From Azolla caroliniana (Eukaryota > Plantae > Polypodiophyta): a DNA stretch of 64,000 nt. The notes beneath the pieces were generated by a model. The model searched no databases. It was not told the DNA's origin and worked only from the letters and a program-made list of their open reading frames with translations. Each line of letters opens with the position of its first letter. Position 1 is the first letter of the stretch. Shown here piece by piece: positions 37,401 through 50,620 of the stretch. The DNA is taken from the NCBI GenBank assembly GCA_043228905.1, contig JBHGNT010000001.1, positions 8,556,001 through 8,620,000 of the forward strand, read 5' to 3'. Position numbers and translations under genes: made by a program.

Positions 37401-40400
37401 ATGAAAGTGGTAACATGGAATGTGAGAGGGGCATGTTCTCCTCATAAGAAGTATATACTATGGGAAACTTTGTTAAGTAGAGAATGGGATGTAGTATGTG
37501 CAGTTGAGCATAAGTGTCATGAGTTAGCGGGATCCACAATGCATTTGCGTGGATATTCATCATTTTATGCAGGACATCTTAATAATCATTATTCAGGTGT
37601 GGTATTAATCGTGAGGGATAAGTATTATCCTCAAGTGGTGCATAATGATCCTTATGGTCGGTTTTTGGTTCTAGAAATCACTTTTTTTGGCGAGGTTGTG
37701 TGGGTGGTTGGGATTTATGCCCCTAACCAAGCCACTCAACATATTGCATTATGGTGTTCACTCCTTCAAACCCTATCTATTGGACGTCCAGGATTACTTA
37801 TGGGCGATTTTAACATGTGTGTTGATGCATTTCAATCCACGTCTGAACATTCAATCATGGATGATCCTGAGCAACTTGCTTGGGACTCAATTGCTATGGA
37901 GGTTCTGAAGTTGGATGTTTGGACATGGTTGCAAGGGAATGATCCAGGTTTTACCTTCCAATCTGCTCAACATAGACAAACATGGAGTCGGTTAGATAGA
38001 AAGTATGTGATGGATTATGATTCTTTTTTACCGACATCACTTCGTATGAACGTTCTACAAGATGTTGGAACTTCAGATCACTTTCCTATTTGCTTGGAGG
38101 TGTGTAATCATGCAATTGACATGTATAAATTTTTACTTGGAAAGCCTCCACTACGCTTTAACTCTTCTCTTTTGCTTCAACCTCACTTTGATTCTCTCAT
38201 CGAGCAAATTTTGGTAGAGTTTTCTCAACAAGTGAATCTTAAAGGAGTTAAAGCATGGTATATCACATTACGAAACATTAACATCATTCATCATATGTAT
38301 GAAGTAACCAATGCTCAAAAAAGAAGAGGTCTTATTCGACAATTCTCACAAGTTCTCTCTAGGTGTAATGCATTATTGATACATACACCATTAGATGAGG
38401 AGCTTTTGGATATTCAGAGTCAATTGCATGTTATTTTTTCTCAATTGCAATGCCAAAGTTATCGTTATGCTAAGATGCGACAACTCAAGGAAGGACTAAT
38501 TGATAATCAATGTCAATCTCATTTGTTTTTCCAAGCATTACATCCTACAACAATAATTGACATATGTCTTCATTACTTTAAGGAGTTGATTGGTCCACAA
38601 TTGTTAATGACAGATGAGGTGAGTAGAGCACGTCATGAGTTTTATGATGTGGTTGGATGTATTGTGCATGATCTCATTAGTCATGAATTGGATGCGGATT
38701 TCACTAAGGATGAGGTGGTTGTAGTTTTAAGGCATCTTCCTATTGGTAAGAGCCTTGGTTGGGATGGCTTGACAAATGAAGTTTTTAAGAGATATTCCTA
38801 CATTTTAAAGGGGCCCTTGACTTTGATGTTTCAACAGTCTTGGGATTCTGGTTGTATGCCTCAAGCTTGGAAGATTGGTCTAATTAAACTAGTTCCAAAG
38901 GTGGCATCTCCTAAGTCATTTCATCAATGGAGACCTATTTCTTTGATGGGGGGGTTGTACAAGATATTTACGAAGGTCTTGGCAAATAGATTAAAAAAGT
39001 ATTTGCCAAAGTTGATACACCCCGCCCAATATGGTTTTATTGCAGGTAGAAATATATTGCATAATGTGTTGAATGTTCAAATGGCCATGGATTATGCTCG
39101 GAACACTCATCAAGAATTGATTATGGTGCAATTAGATTTGGAGAAAGCTTATGATCATGTTAATTGGTCTTTTGTTTCTGGGTTAATGCATACAATGGGC
39201 TTTGGACCTCGTATGTCTCGCCTCATATTTTTATTAGAACGAGATGCAGTGTCTCGAGTAATGCTTAATGGAGGAGTTACATCAGATATTGCCCTCACAA
39301 GATTCTTTCGTCAAGGATGCCCTCTTAGCCCATTGTTGTTTGCTATTGTTACTCATCCTTTGTTAGTGATGTTATCAAGACTTGCAATAAATGGTGACAT
39401 TGTGGGTTTACACCTTCCGTCCGGAGGGCAAATAGTAGCACAAGTTTTGGCGGATGATTCTTTCATGTTTTCACAAGCCTCACGGAATAATCTTGAGAAG
39501 GGGATGCTTGTATGGAATCAATTTGCATTGGCTTCCGGATTACATATTAATTGGAGGAAGTCTAGTCTCATATCATGCACTGAAAGGGATTTGGAATGTT
39601 TAGGATGGCAAGGATCCGTGGTGAAGAAAGGCTCTATTTTTCGACACTTGGGCTATCCATTAGGAATGAATGTTACAAATGGTCAATTGATTGAATGGAT
39701 GTCTAGTAAGTTGAGGGATAAATTCATGTATTGGAAGTCACAATCTTGGCCATTTCATGTTTGCTTGAAGGTTGTACAATGTATTATGGAACCCATGATA
39801 TTATATTACTTGCCATCATTGCCATGGACAAAGAAGGCGTTGAATTCTATTTTGCAACCTCTTCGATATTTGTTGTGGAAGAAGAGGGATAAGATGGGAA
39901 TCACATGGATTGCTTGGAATCATCTAGCAACCCCTAAGAGATTGGGGGGGATTGGAATATTGAACTTATCTATGCATATGATGGCTCGTAGATTTTCATT
40001 ATTAGAAGACATGTGTTCAAACTCACAACCATGGATATCTATTGTTCGATATTTTCATTGAGAACAAGGGTTTAACACATGGGAGGATAACGATTAAGGC
40101 TTCATGGTGGCAATTACTAAATGGATGTATTTCACTTAGGATTCCGGGTTCTTCATGTGTTCAACACTTAGTTACCTCATGGCAAGAAGCACTCTTGTTA
40201 TGTGTATGGAAACCATCATCTTCTAGAGAGCATTGTAACTCTTTGCAAAAAGAGTTACTTGTGTCTTCTCAGTTATTATGTTGGCCAGGAAAGGAGAGAT
40301 TGTGTTCTCAATTTAATCGTTTGTTTCGTTTGGGGGTCAAAGAGGTGGGAGATATAGTTGAGGTTCCATCTCAAAGGATTTTGGAGTTTACTGAAGCACG

Positions 40401-41175
40401 ACAATTATTACGCATCCCACCTAATTATGGGTTTATTTGGCAACAACTACAGAATATTGCATTGATGCAAGGTCCCTTACCTCTACAAACAAGAGAACAA
40501 TCGTGGATTGATTGGAGTTTAAGGGGTTAAACACCATTGTTACAAGTGACTACTAATCTTTTGTATCATTGTTCCGTTGAGTCTCTTGGATGGTTATCAT
40601 CTAAGGCTGAAGAAGAATGGAAAATACACAAATCTGATCATGGGTGGTGGCAGATCTTACAACGTAGTTGGCATTCTAAATTGCCACTTGTTGCAAAGTT
40701 ATTCATTTGGAGAGTTTTCATCGAAGGATTGCCTTTGGGATTAGCTTTAAAGCGTCGTGGACTAGCAACAGGTACCTGCTTCTTTTGCACAGTTCAGATA
40801 GAAGATAGTACTCATCGATTTATACAATGTCCAATTGCTTGTCAAATTTGGAGTTACATTTCTCAAATTTGGCAAGTTTTATCACGGAGTTATTTGACAC
40901 CTAGACAATGGGTGTTTGCACAATTTACACAGGCTAACCCAAAATCAAAGATGGAGATTGTTTTCCTATTTTTGAGATATTGGGGATTGCGTCATAATTG
41001 GAACATGCGTAACGCTTTTGTATTCGATGGTAAACATGGAGTGAAAACATATCTACGAAAGTTGAAGGGGGTACTAATGTGGCAATTTTCTTTATTGGAA
41101 CAAGTGGAAATTCTTTCCTCGATGGAGTGTTCGTCTTGCCTATTGGCAATTCAATATGTTCCACTACCCATGTAG
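37401..41175 (+). pseudogene. LINE ORF2 (APE, RT, zf-RVT) with frameshifts near 40061 and 40530
   Basis: MKVVTWNVRG, MGDFN, SRLDR, SDHFP, WRPISL, LDLEKAYD, RQGCPLSP, LADD, CFFC..HRFIQC. Confidence 0.92.
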
Positions 41176-41290
41176 TGTAGTGTGGTTAGTGTGTGACTAT
41201 ACTCCATTGTCACACGTATTGTAAGTAGTGTTTTTCACACACATTTATTAATATACATAATTGTGTGTTTTCACCCAAAATAATAATAAT

Positions 41291-41339
<49 letters not shown>

Positions 41340-41599
41340 CTATTATCGTCTTCAGAGGTCAAATATGACCTATGAGACCAAAAATATTTCACGTGATACA
41401 TGTGAAGTGTAGTGAATCTCGATGTTCAAGAACTTTACTAATGAATGTTGCAATCGAGAGGGCACATTACGGTTGTGAGAGAAATTCGTGCAAGGATTGG
41501 GCTTGGTCGAAGATGTGTGGAAAGGATGGTCGAAAATTATTAAAGGCAGAGCATTGTATCAAAGTGTGCATAGTCGACCATGATGCATGGTCCTTTACT

Positions 41600-41905
41600 A
41601 TTCATTATTGTGACATGTCCTATTATTGTTAAATTACACAATATGGCTATGGAGGAAGAATTGCTTGGACTACAGTTGCCATCAAGGAAGCCATGTATTG
41701 TTCAAGCTCTCGCAAATGACCATGTCATGTTTTTGGCACCTAATCAAGAAAATATTAGCAAGATAATATATGTGTGGATTGTTTTCAAATGCATCAAGGT
41801 TGGAATTAATATGCATAAATTTGTCCTCATTTCATGTACAGAGCAAGATGTGGTAGGGTTGGGGTGGTCAGGAAGGATAGTACATCGTGGTATGATTTGT
41901 CATGA
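41600..41905 (+). mobile_element. Degenerate LINE RT fragment
   Basis: LLGLQLPSRKPCIVQALANDHVMFL aligns by eye with VGLHLPSGGQIVAQVLADDSFMF. Confidence 0.65.
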
Positions 41906-41910
41906 CGCAT

Positions 41911-43050
41911 CACCACTTTAGTGTCTAGACAAAGTGGTTTTATGTTCATAGCATGTAAGTAAAAAAGCTCTTTGTAAATAAATTAATTTCATATGTACAC
42001 TTCTTCGTAGGTAAAAAATCTTTGTATTTTATTAATTGGGTTGACTACAATTATTGTATTTTTTTTTTCTTTTTTATATTTTATTGTATAATGTATCAAA
42101 CTTAAACCAACAAAACGATGACGATGATGTTTGGAGGTTGGAGCCTACTTGAAATTGGTGGGTTTCATTCAACAAATTGGTGTTTTTACTTATAATGTGA
42201 TATACTTGCTGAGTGAGACCCTTCTTGGGTGTCATGTGTTAACATATTATCAAAGAGTTTGCCAAAATAGGACCATGATACATGCACTCACAACCAGCAC
42301 ACAAACAACACTCGGTCGGCTAATCAAATTAATGGCAACCGAATATTCCAGAATTTAATTCCTTTTTTTATTTGCTTTATGTGCATGTTCTCCTCTTTGC
42401 TTGTAGATCCACAAAAGGGAGGTCAACACATACCTCATTGTATGCGTCTCTTCCTTTTTACTTGTATGTGTGTTATAAGGACAAACATTTCAACTCCACA
42501 ACATATGTAGTTAGTCACAATAGAATAAATTAATTGGTTGTGTGATTTTTAAAGGACACTGATATTTTATTTTGTCATTGATGACCCTAGGATACGAGGA
42601 TGAATCTTGGAGGGGGAGGGGGTCCTTCGGACCAAGAGCAAGATATTACTTTCCAAGTCGGTGTGATTGAGCAAGTGGGAGTGTACCTACTTTCTTTTTT
42701 TACTAAGGTCAACCATGAGAACACTATTACCCGCCTAATGCAAGGTGGTAATATTATTGAAGTTCTCTTAAAGTCAAATCTTGAGTTGACGAGTTTCACA
42801 TTTGGTTTATGACTTGGTCTAACATTTATTTCTTTTGAATGTTCACGACTCATGAATTTAGAATTTACCTATATGTACAATGAACCATACCATGTCAATC
42901 TAATTGGTGGCTAAACATGCGCTAGAAAATAAAAAATGCAGCCTTTCTATCAAAGATATGAACATACAAACATGTTCTTTGGCTCTTTTGCCTCATTACG
43001 CTGCTTTGAACATCTACAAGGTAATAATTTGTGCATCAATAAATCCCACC
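41911..43050 (+). repeat. Unclassified dispersed repeat, copy 2 (MITE-free version of 5836-7630)
   Basis: Colinear similarity with empty sites at both MITE positions. Confidence 0.8.
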
Positions 43051-43899
43051 ATGTACTACTACATATCTACAATACATGGCAATGAATAATATTGACTAAG
43101 TACAACGAACTAAACCTTTGTTGTATATTCCGAAGTTCTTGGATATTCCATAAATGCACAACAAGTCATCTCAACAAATCCATTGTTGTCATTCGTGATG
43201 AATCATATGGTATGTTATATGTACATGGCAAATCATATCGATAATACAATTCCTACAATGTGCTAGGAATATTTTGTTTAGGCATCAAACATTGATTTAT
43301 ACACACGAATCACGCGATGTATGTAGGAATCACATGGAATGAAAATAGAACAATCAATGCTACTATATAAGTGTCTCCTAAATATATAATCATCCTTGTA
43401 ATGTGTGTTGATCAACTATATATACATTCACGCTACACTATATATGCATAGTCAAATGTATGAAGTCAAAGCTATGTGTGCTAAGCAATATATACATAAT
43501 TGGTCAGGCATGGACACGTCGATCCATCCTAACTGTGTAATGTTTACATGAACAAATCACATGGATACATCCATGGGATGTGTATAAGGGCAATTATATA
43601 ATGTGTAAAGGCATGGATATACATATCCATGGCATATGTACATACATGAACAATGAGAATTACAATGGATTGATACATTCATGGCATGTGCTAAGTAGGC
43701 AATATACATATATAGACATGGGGATGATGATGGATTGGGGTGTTGTCCATGTGGCATGAGCTAGGCATGAACATTACAAATCATGCACCCCCATGAAACA
43801 AATGGCCACTTGAATTGTATCTAATATATAACCTAAAATGGGGTCCTCTGCATCCTTTCATCTTGTGTGCCTGTCTGTGTGTTTGGCCAAAAAAAAAGA

Positions 43900-44796
43900 T
43901 CACATGTTGAAACATGTCATGACCTTGTTTTGCCACACTCTGTTTCGTGGCAACAAACTTGGGTTCCTCTCGGCTGTGGTTATGGTGGTCTCCATAGTTT
44001 CTACTTCTACTTCTACTTCTACTTCTCCCTCTCCTTCATGATGATGATGATCATGAAGTAAGAAAAGATCATTGTGATGGGGCGGCATGATGATGACGAT
44101 GATGATGGCATTTCTTTTGTTGTGAATCTGATCATTGGGCACTGCCATAGCAGCTTCCCATTGATGGCCTTTCCTTGGGGAGGCCTTTGGGGCGCCATGG
44201 AAATCAGGCATCACCATCTCGAACTCACTCCGGGACCATTTGGGGCACTTCCCATGGTTTGAATTCACTGTACTCGTCATTCCTTCATATGCCAATGGTA
44301 ACGCCAAACTAATAAGCCTAGGGTTAGCGCTAGAGTAAATATTAAGGTTGGGATCATTGGTAAGGTAGACATCAGAGGTAGATTTAGTGCTAAGGAAAAT
44401 GTTTGGATTCGGTGGGTTTCTTGAGTAATCGACAAGATCTGATGTGGACGCTTCCATGGCCACATCACTGAAGCTTGTCATGGATGCCATGGCCATCGAA
44501 TCAGTAGAAAAGAATGGCAAACTAGCCATTGTGGCAGCTGCAATCGTCAATCTTGCGAGTTTTACACCACAGCTAGACCTAAAAAAAGAAAAGGCGAGAT
44601 TTTCAGCCATCCATTCCTTCCGAGAAGATAAGCATCTATCAGCAGACATCACAACAATGCAGAGATTAATTGCATAAACTTTTGATTACCTGGGGAGGAA
44701 AGAGGGGTGTTCCGAATGCGATCTGACGATGGGCGGGATCTTTTGTGCGCAGAGAGGAAGGGAGTTGCTGAGAGGAGAAGAAGAGGAAGACGCCAT
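43900..44796 (-). CDS. Two-exon gene of unknown function (exons 44690-44796 and 43900-44578; 261 aa) with probable plastid presequence
   Basis: gccATGGCG start after a CT-rich leader; CAG|gtaatc donor and polypyrimidine-ag acceptor. The spliced frame is continuous: MASSSSSPLSNSLPLCAQKIPPIVRSHSEHPSFLPRSSCGVKLARLTIAAATMASLPFF... Confidence 0.65.
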
Positions 44797-46371
44797 GGCA
44801 ACTGGGAATCTGAGAGGTGAAGAGGAGGAGGAGGAAGAAGAAGAAGTTAATGATTGATCTGCGTTTTCCTTAACTGTATTGAGCAGAGAGATATTTTCTC
44901 TCTGTGTTTTAAAACGTGCAAGGAGGGGGGGCTTGGCCGGAATCGAACACGTTTCCTGAAGGAATCAATTGCAGGGCTGACCTTTACACGGAGAGACAGA
45001 GAGAGAGAGAGAGACCTACAGAATTGCAACTTCTTTATGTTTGTTTTAGTATGACTCTTTCTCTTCAATCATTTGTAAGTGGGTTAAGTCCTTCTTCAGC
45101 TTTCTTTTGAATAACACGCCTCCCCCCGAACCGGCGGCGCTGAGATAATCTCTTACTCTCTTCCGGACACAATCAATTCTGGATGTTATCCATGGGAATA
45201 ACATGTCTTCGTTGGTTACTTACTACGAGGAGATGAGCTATTATTTAGCATTAGGACACATTCGTATCATAGACATTAGCATGCCCCATTGACTCGACAA
45301 GCTTGGCTTCATCCATTATTAATACATGTTTTTTTGTTGGACAATACGTGTCCCTTAGCAAATGTCCAACACTTGAGCAAATTATGTACTTCCACCAATG
45401 TCAAGAGGACAGGTAGAATGGTATTCAATTGATGTATAGCTAATGAAGATCCAAATACATTAGAAAATCCAAGATTCTCCAGCATCTTGTGTAGGTACCA
45501 TCATTTCCTATATGGGAAAACAAGTTCAACTAACAAACAAATAATGGGCTCAATGAGTACCCGTGTTGCACTAATTGTGTCAAAGGTATTAATTTCATCA
45601 CTCCACCGTGTAGGATAATGTGCGACATTGCACCTATCTCCGAACATGTAACAAATGAAAGTTTTCAATGACAAGAGGGAATGATGAGTGTGGACACACC
45701 TGCACCACTTGCCCTCTCCCTTGCTAAAGTAGAAAAACCAAAAGAACAACCAAACGCCCTCGGATACTAGGGCCCAAAGTTACTCGTTGTGTAGAAGTAA
45801 TTAAGAAGATAGGGGAACGTGAGTTACACTGCCTAGAAGCTATGGTCGAGATACCTTTTACATCGGAACCACGGGTCACACCCACATCGAAACCCTTTAA
45901 CCTCCCGCTCCTTTTCGAGAGACTCGGATGGAAATGAAACTAGGCCTAGCACATAGTCATTTCCTTTGTAGAATATGTTACACCATAACATCTTTTGTAC
46001 AATACTAGAACATTTTTATCTATGTTAAATTTTATTTTTATTTTCGATGATTGGGTACACATCCCATTTTGTTGTAACCAATTGTTGCATGGGCCAAATT
46101 TAGCCTTACAAGACATTTATATCTTTCTTTATTTTCCCACATGAAAGTGCGGTATAATATCCTTGCACCAAAATTGATATGGCAAATAAGTTGGGCAATA
46201 AACAATCAAGTAAAATGGCTCTCGTGCTCACTCATTCTCACTCTCTCTCTTATCGTAATTAGCTTACCCTAGTGGTAAGTCGTTTACACTACTAGCACTA
46301 CACCTTGGGTTCGAAACCAAATTTTCTTACTTCTCTATTACTCCATAGAGATCTCTTATTTCACTACTAGA

Positions 46372-46560
46372 TGTCACTGTAGGATGAGGGGTTAAACCTC
46401 TAATGAACCCATGACCATATGGTCTCCATTGGGTAACCTTACCAACTGAGCTACATCCATCTGGGGCCACCGTGGAATGTAGGGGTTGAACCTCTAATGA
46501 ACCCATGACCACCTGGTCTCCGTTGGGCAACCTTACCAACTGAGCCACATCCATATGGTC
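46372..46560 (-). repeat. Tandem dimer of the tRNA-derived cassette
   Basis: Two ~90-bp units, each with an A box (TRGCTCAGTTGG) and a B-box-like GGTTCATTAGAGGTTYAACCCC. Confidence 0.7.
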
Positions 46561-47577
46561 TCTCTCTCTCTCTCTCTCTCTCTCTCGACCATGTGGGTAG
46601 TGGAGTACACATAACAAATGATGCGACGAATAATGATGATGTGTGAGAAAGGGGTGAGACAGAGAATTCAACCGGTCATGTTTTAAAGACGTCTAGTAAA
46701 CTATATTGTTCACATTCTCGTCCAAAAATCTTGGAAGGTGTATAGTTGAGAATACTAATATTGCATGATTTTTATTACCTATAATATCCATGAATTTGAA
46801 TGTTTGCACAACTCTAAAGGTTTGAGATGTTATCTTAGTTTTCAATTATTGTAACACATTCTATTTTGCATTGCCATCCAGAAAATTGGAGGTAGATCAT
46901 GGTTTCTAGAACCATCTCACTTTGCTATTACATTCTATGTCTCAATCATGGCATTTGAAGAGAAACTTTTGGCTTTCTAATAAAAAACAAAGAAAACAAT
47001 CAATTGCATATTAAGGTAATCCTAGTAATGTCTTGATCCCTCAAGTTCAATCTAAATATGCATGACAAATGTGGATTGAGCCGTTATTTACATATAAAAT
47101 ATGGCCTTCATTTGTCCACCTTTGTTGTTAAAAGCAATTTGATGTATGGATCATTAATGTATTTATTCGATCTTTCCATTACCATGCCTTGTCCACGTGA
47201 AAGAAGTTTAGTGTGTTTTTACCATGCTAGTTGAACAATTAGAAGTGTTTGAAAACCAACTTTGAGATCACTTATTTTTGTGTCATTAATTAAACTCAAA
47301 GCCATATTGAATTGCAATGTTGTGTTCAATATGTTATAATAGCTAATGATCTATGGTGATAGGGGGATTACAACATACTATCTTGCATAAGTATGATGAT
47401 CAATGTTTATAATAACCAGTTAATTAAAATATTAATGAAAGTAATGGATTGAGAGAACTTAATTGCTAACCACTCCCAACCAAAGGAAAAGACATGAATG
47501 CAAATAGAACCTTGTGTTACATAGCGAAATTCTAGCATACCACAAATCGAAATACAAGAACTTTGCCTCACCAATAG

Positions 47578-48056
47578 TGTTAGAGTCTAACTAATTAATT
47601 AAGCAAAACATAAGGAGGTATAGAACAAAGAAAGGAAAGAGGGGTGCCAAACCATTCGACCACGCCCTAACAACAACGTAAGATGGACCCAAACCTCCTC
47701 GATGTCCCATACCATCAAGGGTTGATGTGAGTCCTACCTTGGATCCTGCGATGATCACACGTGCGTAGTTAACAAGAGCCATAACCACAGTATCATAATT
47801 TCAACATAAGTGAAGCCTCCCTTGATAAGAAGGTACCTAGCCTCCTTATATGGGCAGAAACCCTATGCCGTAGTGTGTTCACATTTGGCTGTTTTATTTG
47901 AAGTGGTCAAATGATAACACACTTAATAGTTATCCTACACCGTAGAATTGAATATTAGAGTTCATACCCTCATTCCTTTCAAAATTAACCCACATATACT
48001 CATCATGAGATCAGGGGAAACTACAGAAAACTTTAGTTATGGTTATGCATGTAACA
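47578..48056 (-). mobile_element. Probable solo LTR
   Basis: tgtta...taaca ends flanked by AATAG on both sides; reverse TATA ccttatat. Confidence 0.55.
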
Positions 48057-48877
48057 AATAGAGTCTCAACAATGACACTAAGATGTTGTGTCCAAAGGGG
48101 TGGTGAATATCTCCTTCACATAGCTGAACTCCTTTAGGCTCCTAGATTGTCCCAAGTTTTGACTTGTCTACAGGTTCTTATGTGTTGTCCCAACTCCTAA
48201 GGATAACCAATTTATCATTGACACTTATCCTACTCTTAAGTCCATTAAAATATTAACATCATTCTTTAAGGTTGTCTCAATAACAGTAAGGTAAGAGCAT
48301 TTGAAGCAAAGTTGGCTTCCCTTTAATGCATTGACCCCACAATTGCATAGTAAGTTTTGGAAATTTGCAAAAAATCAATCTATCAAAAGTGGATTAATTT
48401 ACACCCTCCAAGCTCTATAAGTTTACATGAGGCTCCCCTCAACATTGATAAAAGCAAATAGTGTCCAGAGACGGATGGAGCCTCCTCAACATTGAAAAAA
48501 GAAAATAGTGTCTAGAGAAGGATGGACTTTGTGGGCATATCAAGTGGCTCATGGGCGAAAAGCAAGAACAGAATTTGGTAATCCGCATTGTAAGTCTAAA
48601 TGTTTGCTGTTTTGCGGTAATGCGCTTGGGCCACCCTTCGCGAGGAATCAATCATACAAGTTAGTGCAGCCAAATGACATGGTCTAATTCTTCGCACCTT
48701 TGGGGTCATGGGCATTTTGTGGAAATAAGGCAAAGTTTTGGAGGGACAGTCGGAGAAATAAAGGAAAATTCCGCAGAATCAAAAGTTATGTGAATTTTGA
48801 AATACATACATATATGTATGTACAAAAAGCCTTATCGAGAGAGAGAGAGAGAGAGAGAGAAACAGAGGAAGAGAGCT

Positions 48878-49024
48878 ATGGCGAGATACATGATCTCTGC
48901 TTGGAGCTCTGCAAAGATCTCCCTACTGAGTTTCTTCTTCGGCCTCTTTGTTGGGCTACGTCTCAACAAAACCATCAGAAGGATCGCAGCCAAAGTACTG
49001 GAAAAGATCAAAGACGAAGGCTAA
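48878..49024 (+). CDS. 48-aa single-pass membrane micro-protein
   Basis: MARYMISAWSSAKISLLSFFFGLFVGLRLNKTIRRIAAKVLEKIKDEG; GA-rich leader and gctATGGCG context; one TM segment with GxxxG, then a basic amphipathic helix. Confidence 0.7.
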   Translation: MARYMISAWSSAKISLLSFFFGLFVGLRLNKTIRRIAAKVLEKIKDEG

Positions 49025-50219
49025 AACTTAGGGTTTGATGATCTGTGTGCGTGTGTGTGTGTATCATTCTACTGGAGATATATCTGGTTAGGGCTACACA
49101 AACACAGAGATGAAAGAGATTGTGTAGTTTTCTTGTATACATACATGCATTCATGTATTGTACATACATGTATGCATATATTTATGGATATACATGTAAA
49201 TAATACATTCATGGATGTATATGACATCTTGATCTAAGCCAATATGTACATAAAGGCATGCATTCATGTATTTGCATGAAATTTCAAGCTTGTGAATGAC
49301 GACATCATGTTTCTAAGGATAGTGATAGATTTCTTTATTATGTCTATGTTTAATATCCATAAGGGACTGAATGGACCATTACCAAAATGCTTCTACGATT
49401 TTGCTATTTCAACAAAATGCTCCTATGCACCCTCCAAGCCCTAGGTCCCTTGTGTATATACTCAAGCTTGAATAGCACACTAAACCAATCCAATTGACCC
49501 CTTGAGCTTGTTTTATTTATATCTCAATGTTGCGTACACGTTGAGATTTCCTTCTTCTATTTTCCATCGTGACCTTGTCAATATGATTGTTGCAATGTCC
49601 ATTTGTAGTTATGTATCATTAGGCAAGTGTACCCAAGAGGAGAGGGAACTATGATATGTTTTCAAATTTCAGAGAACTGATATCTTGGAGAAGAGAGATA
49701 TTGCTAGTTTGGGTGGTTATAGTTCTCAAAGCTCATCAAACAATGAAGGAGGAATTCACTACTAAGGAGTGTGAGAGAAAGACATAAATTATTATGCTAT
49801 TGGATGGAAGATTGTGGAGAGCTATTTTTTGTCGCCTTTAGAACACTTGGCACATGTGAGTTTGAGGAAAAAAATCAATTACCAAAGTTTGATAAGTTGT
49901 TGGGTTTATTGGATTAGAATTTAGCAGGACCAACTATGCGTATAAATGCTTAATAATAACGAGTAAGTGGGATTATCTTGGGTGGGAGACAATTTATTAT
50001 TATATGTAGACAATTTTGATTGACCTTTTTTATTAGTGGGTACAAAACTTCTCACTATCAATGCATGGCTTTCTTTTAATACTGTTATTATTGTTCCTCC
50101 TATAGAAATCAATTGGTAATATCTATGTGCAGTGGCTCTATGAAAATTTAGAATTTGCCATTTGTGATATTTCTAGCCTTTTCGATACCAGAAAATATTT
50201 TACTACAGTTTAAACCTAT

Positions 50220-50620
50220 ATGTTATTGATGTATAGCTCACATCCAACCACCTCAACAAGCACAATACAAATCATTGTTTCCTTAAGTGTGCACATACTA
50301 GAGATTGAGGCATTCCCATCATATTTTGGAACCATCATGGTCTTCTCAAAAGTTGGGTTATCACATGAATCCTGTTTCAAATTGTCACAAATTCATCGCA
50401 TATTTTATGCTTATGCCCTTGAAACTTTACATACATCTTTCATGTGGGCTACTTCCCCAATCAAGGTAAATAATCACAAAGAATTTAAGGTCGAGAAGAT
50501 TTTTCACTCTAGGTTCTTGTAATCAAAGTTCAAATGCCTAATTCATTGGAAGAGGCAATATTGAGTGTACATGGGAACTTGAATCAAACTTCCACAGCAC
50601 TCTTGCTAAATTTTAGGAAT
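50220..50620 (+). mobile_element. Highly degenerate chromovirus remnant (chromodomain)
   Basis: IKVNNHKEFKVEKIFHSR followed by frameshifted LIHWK..ECTWE. Confidence 0.5.

Larger units (their letters stand above)
34581..41296 (+). mobile_element. Full-length L1/Tx1-like LINE family 2, copy A
   Basis: ORF1 pieces 34867-37164 (CFGCGExGH knuckle split by an insertion) and ORF2 37401-41175; short (AAT)n tail followed by (AG)~21. Confidence 0.92.
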
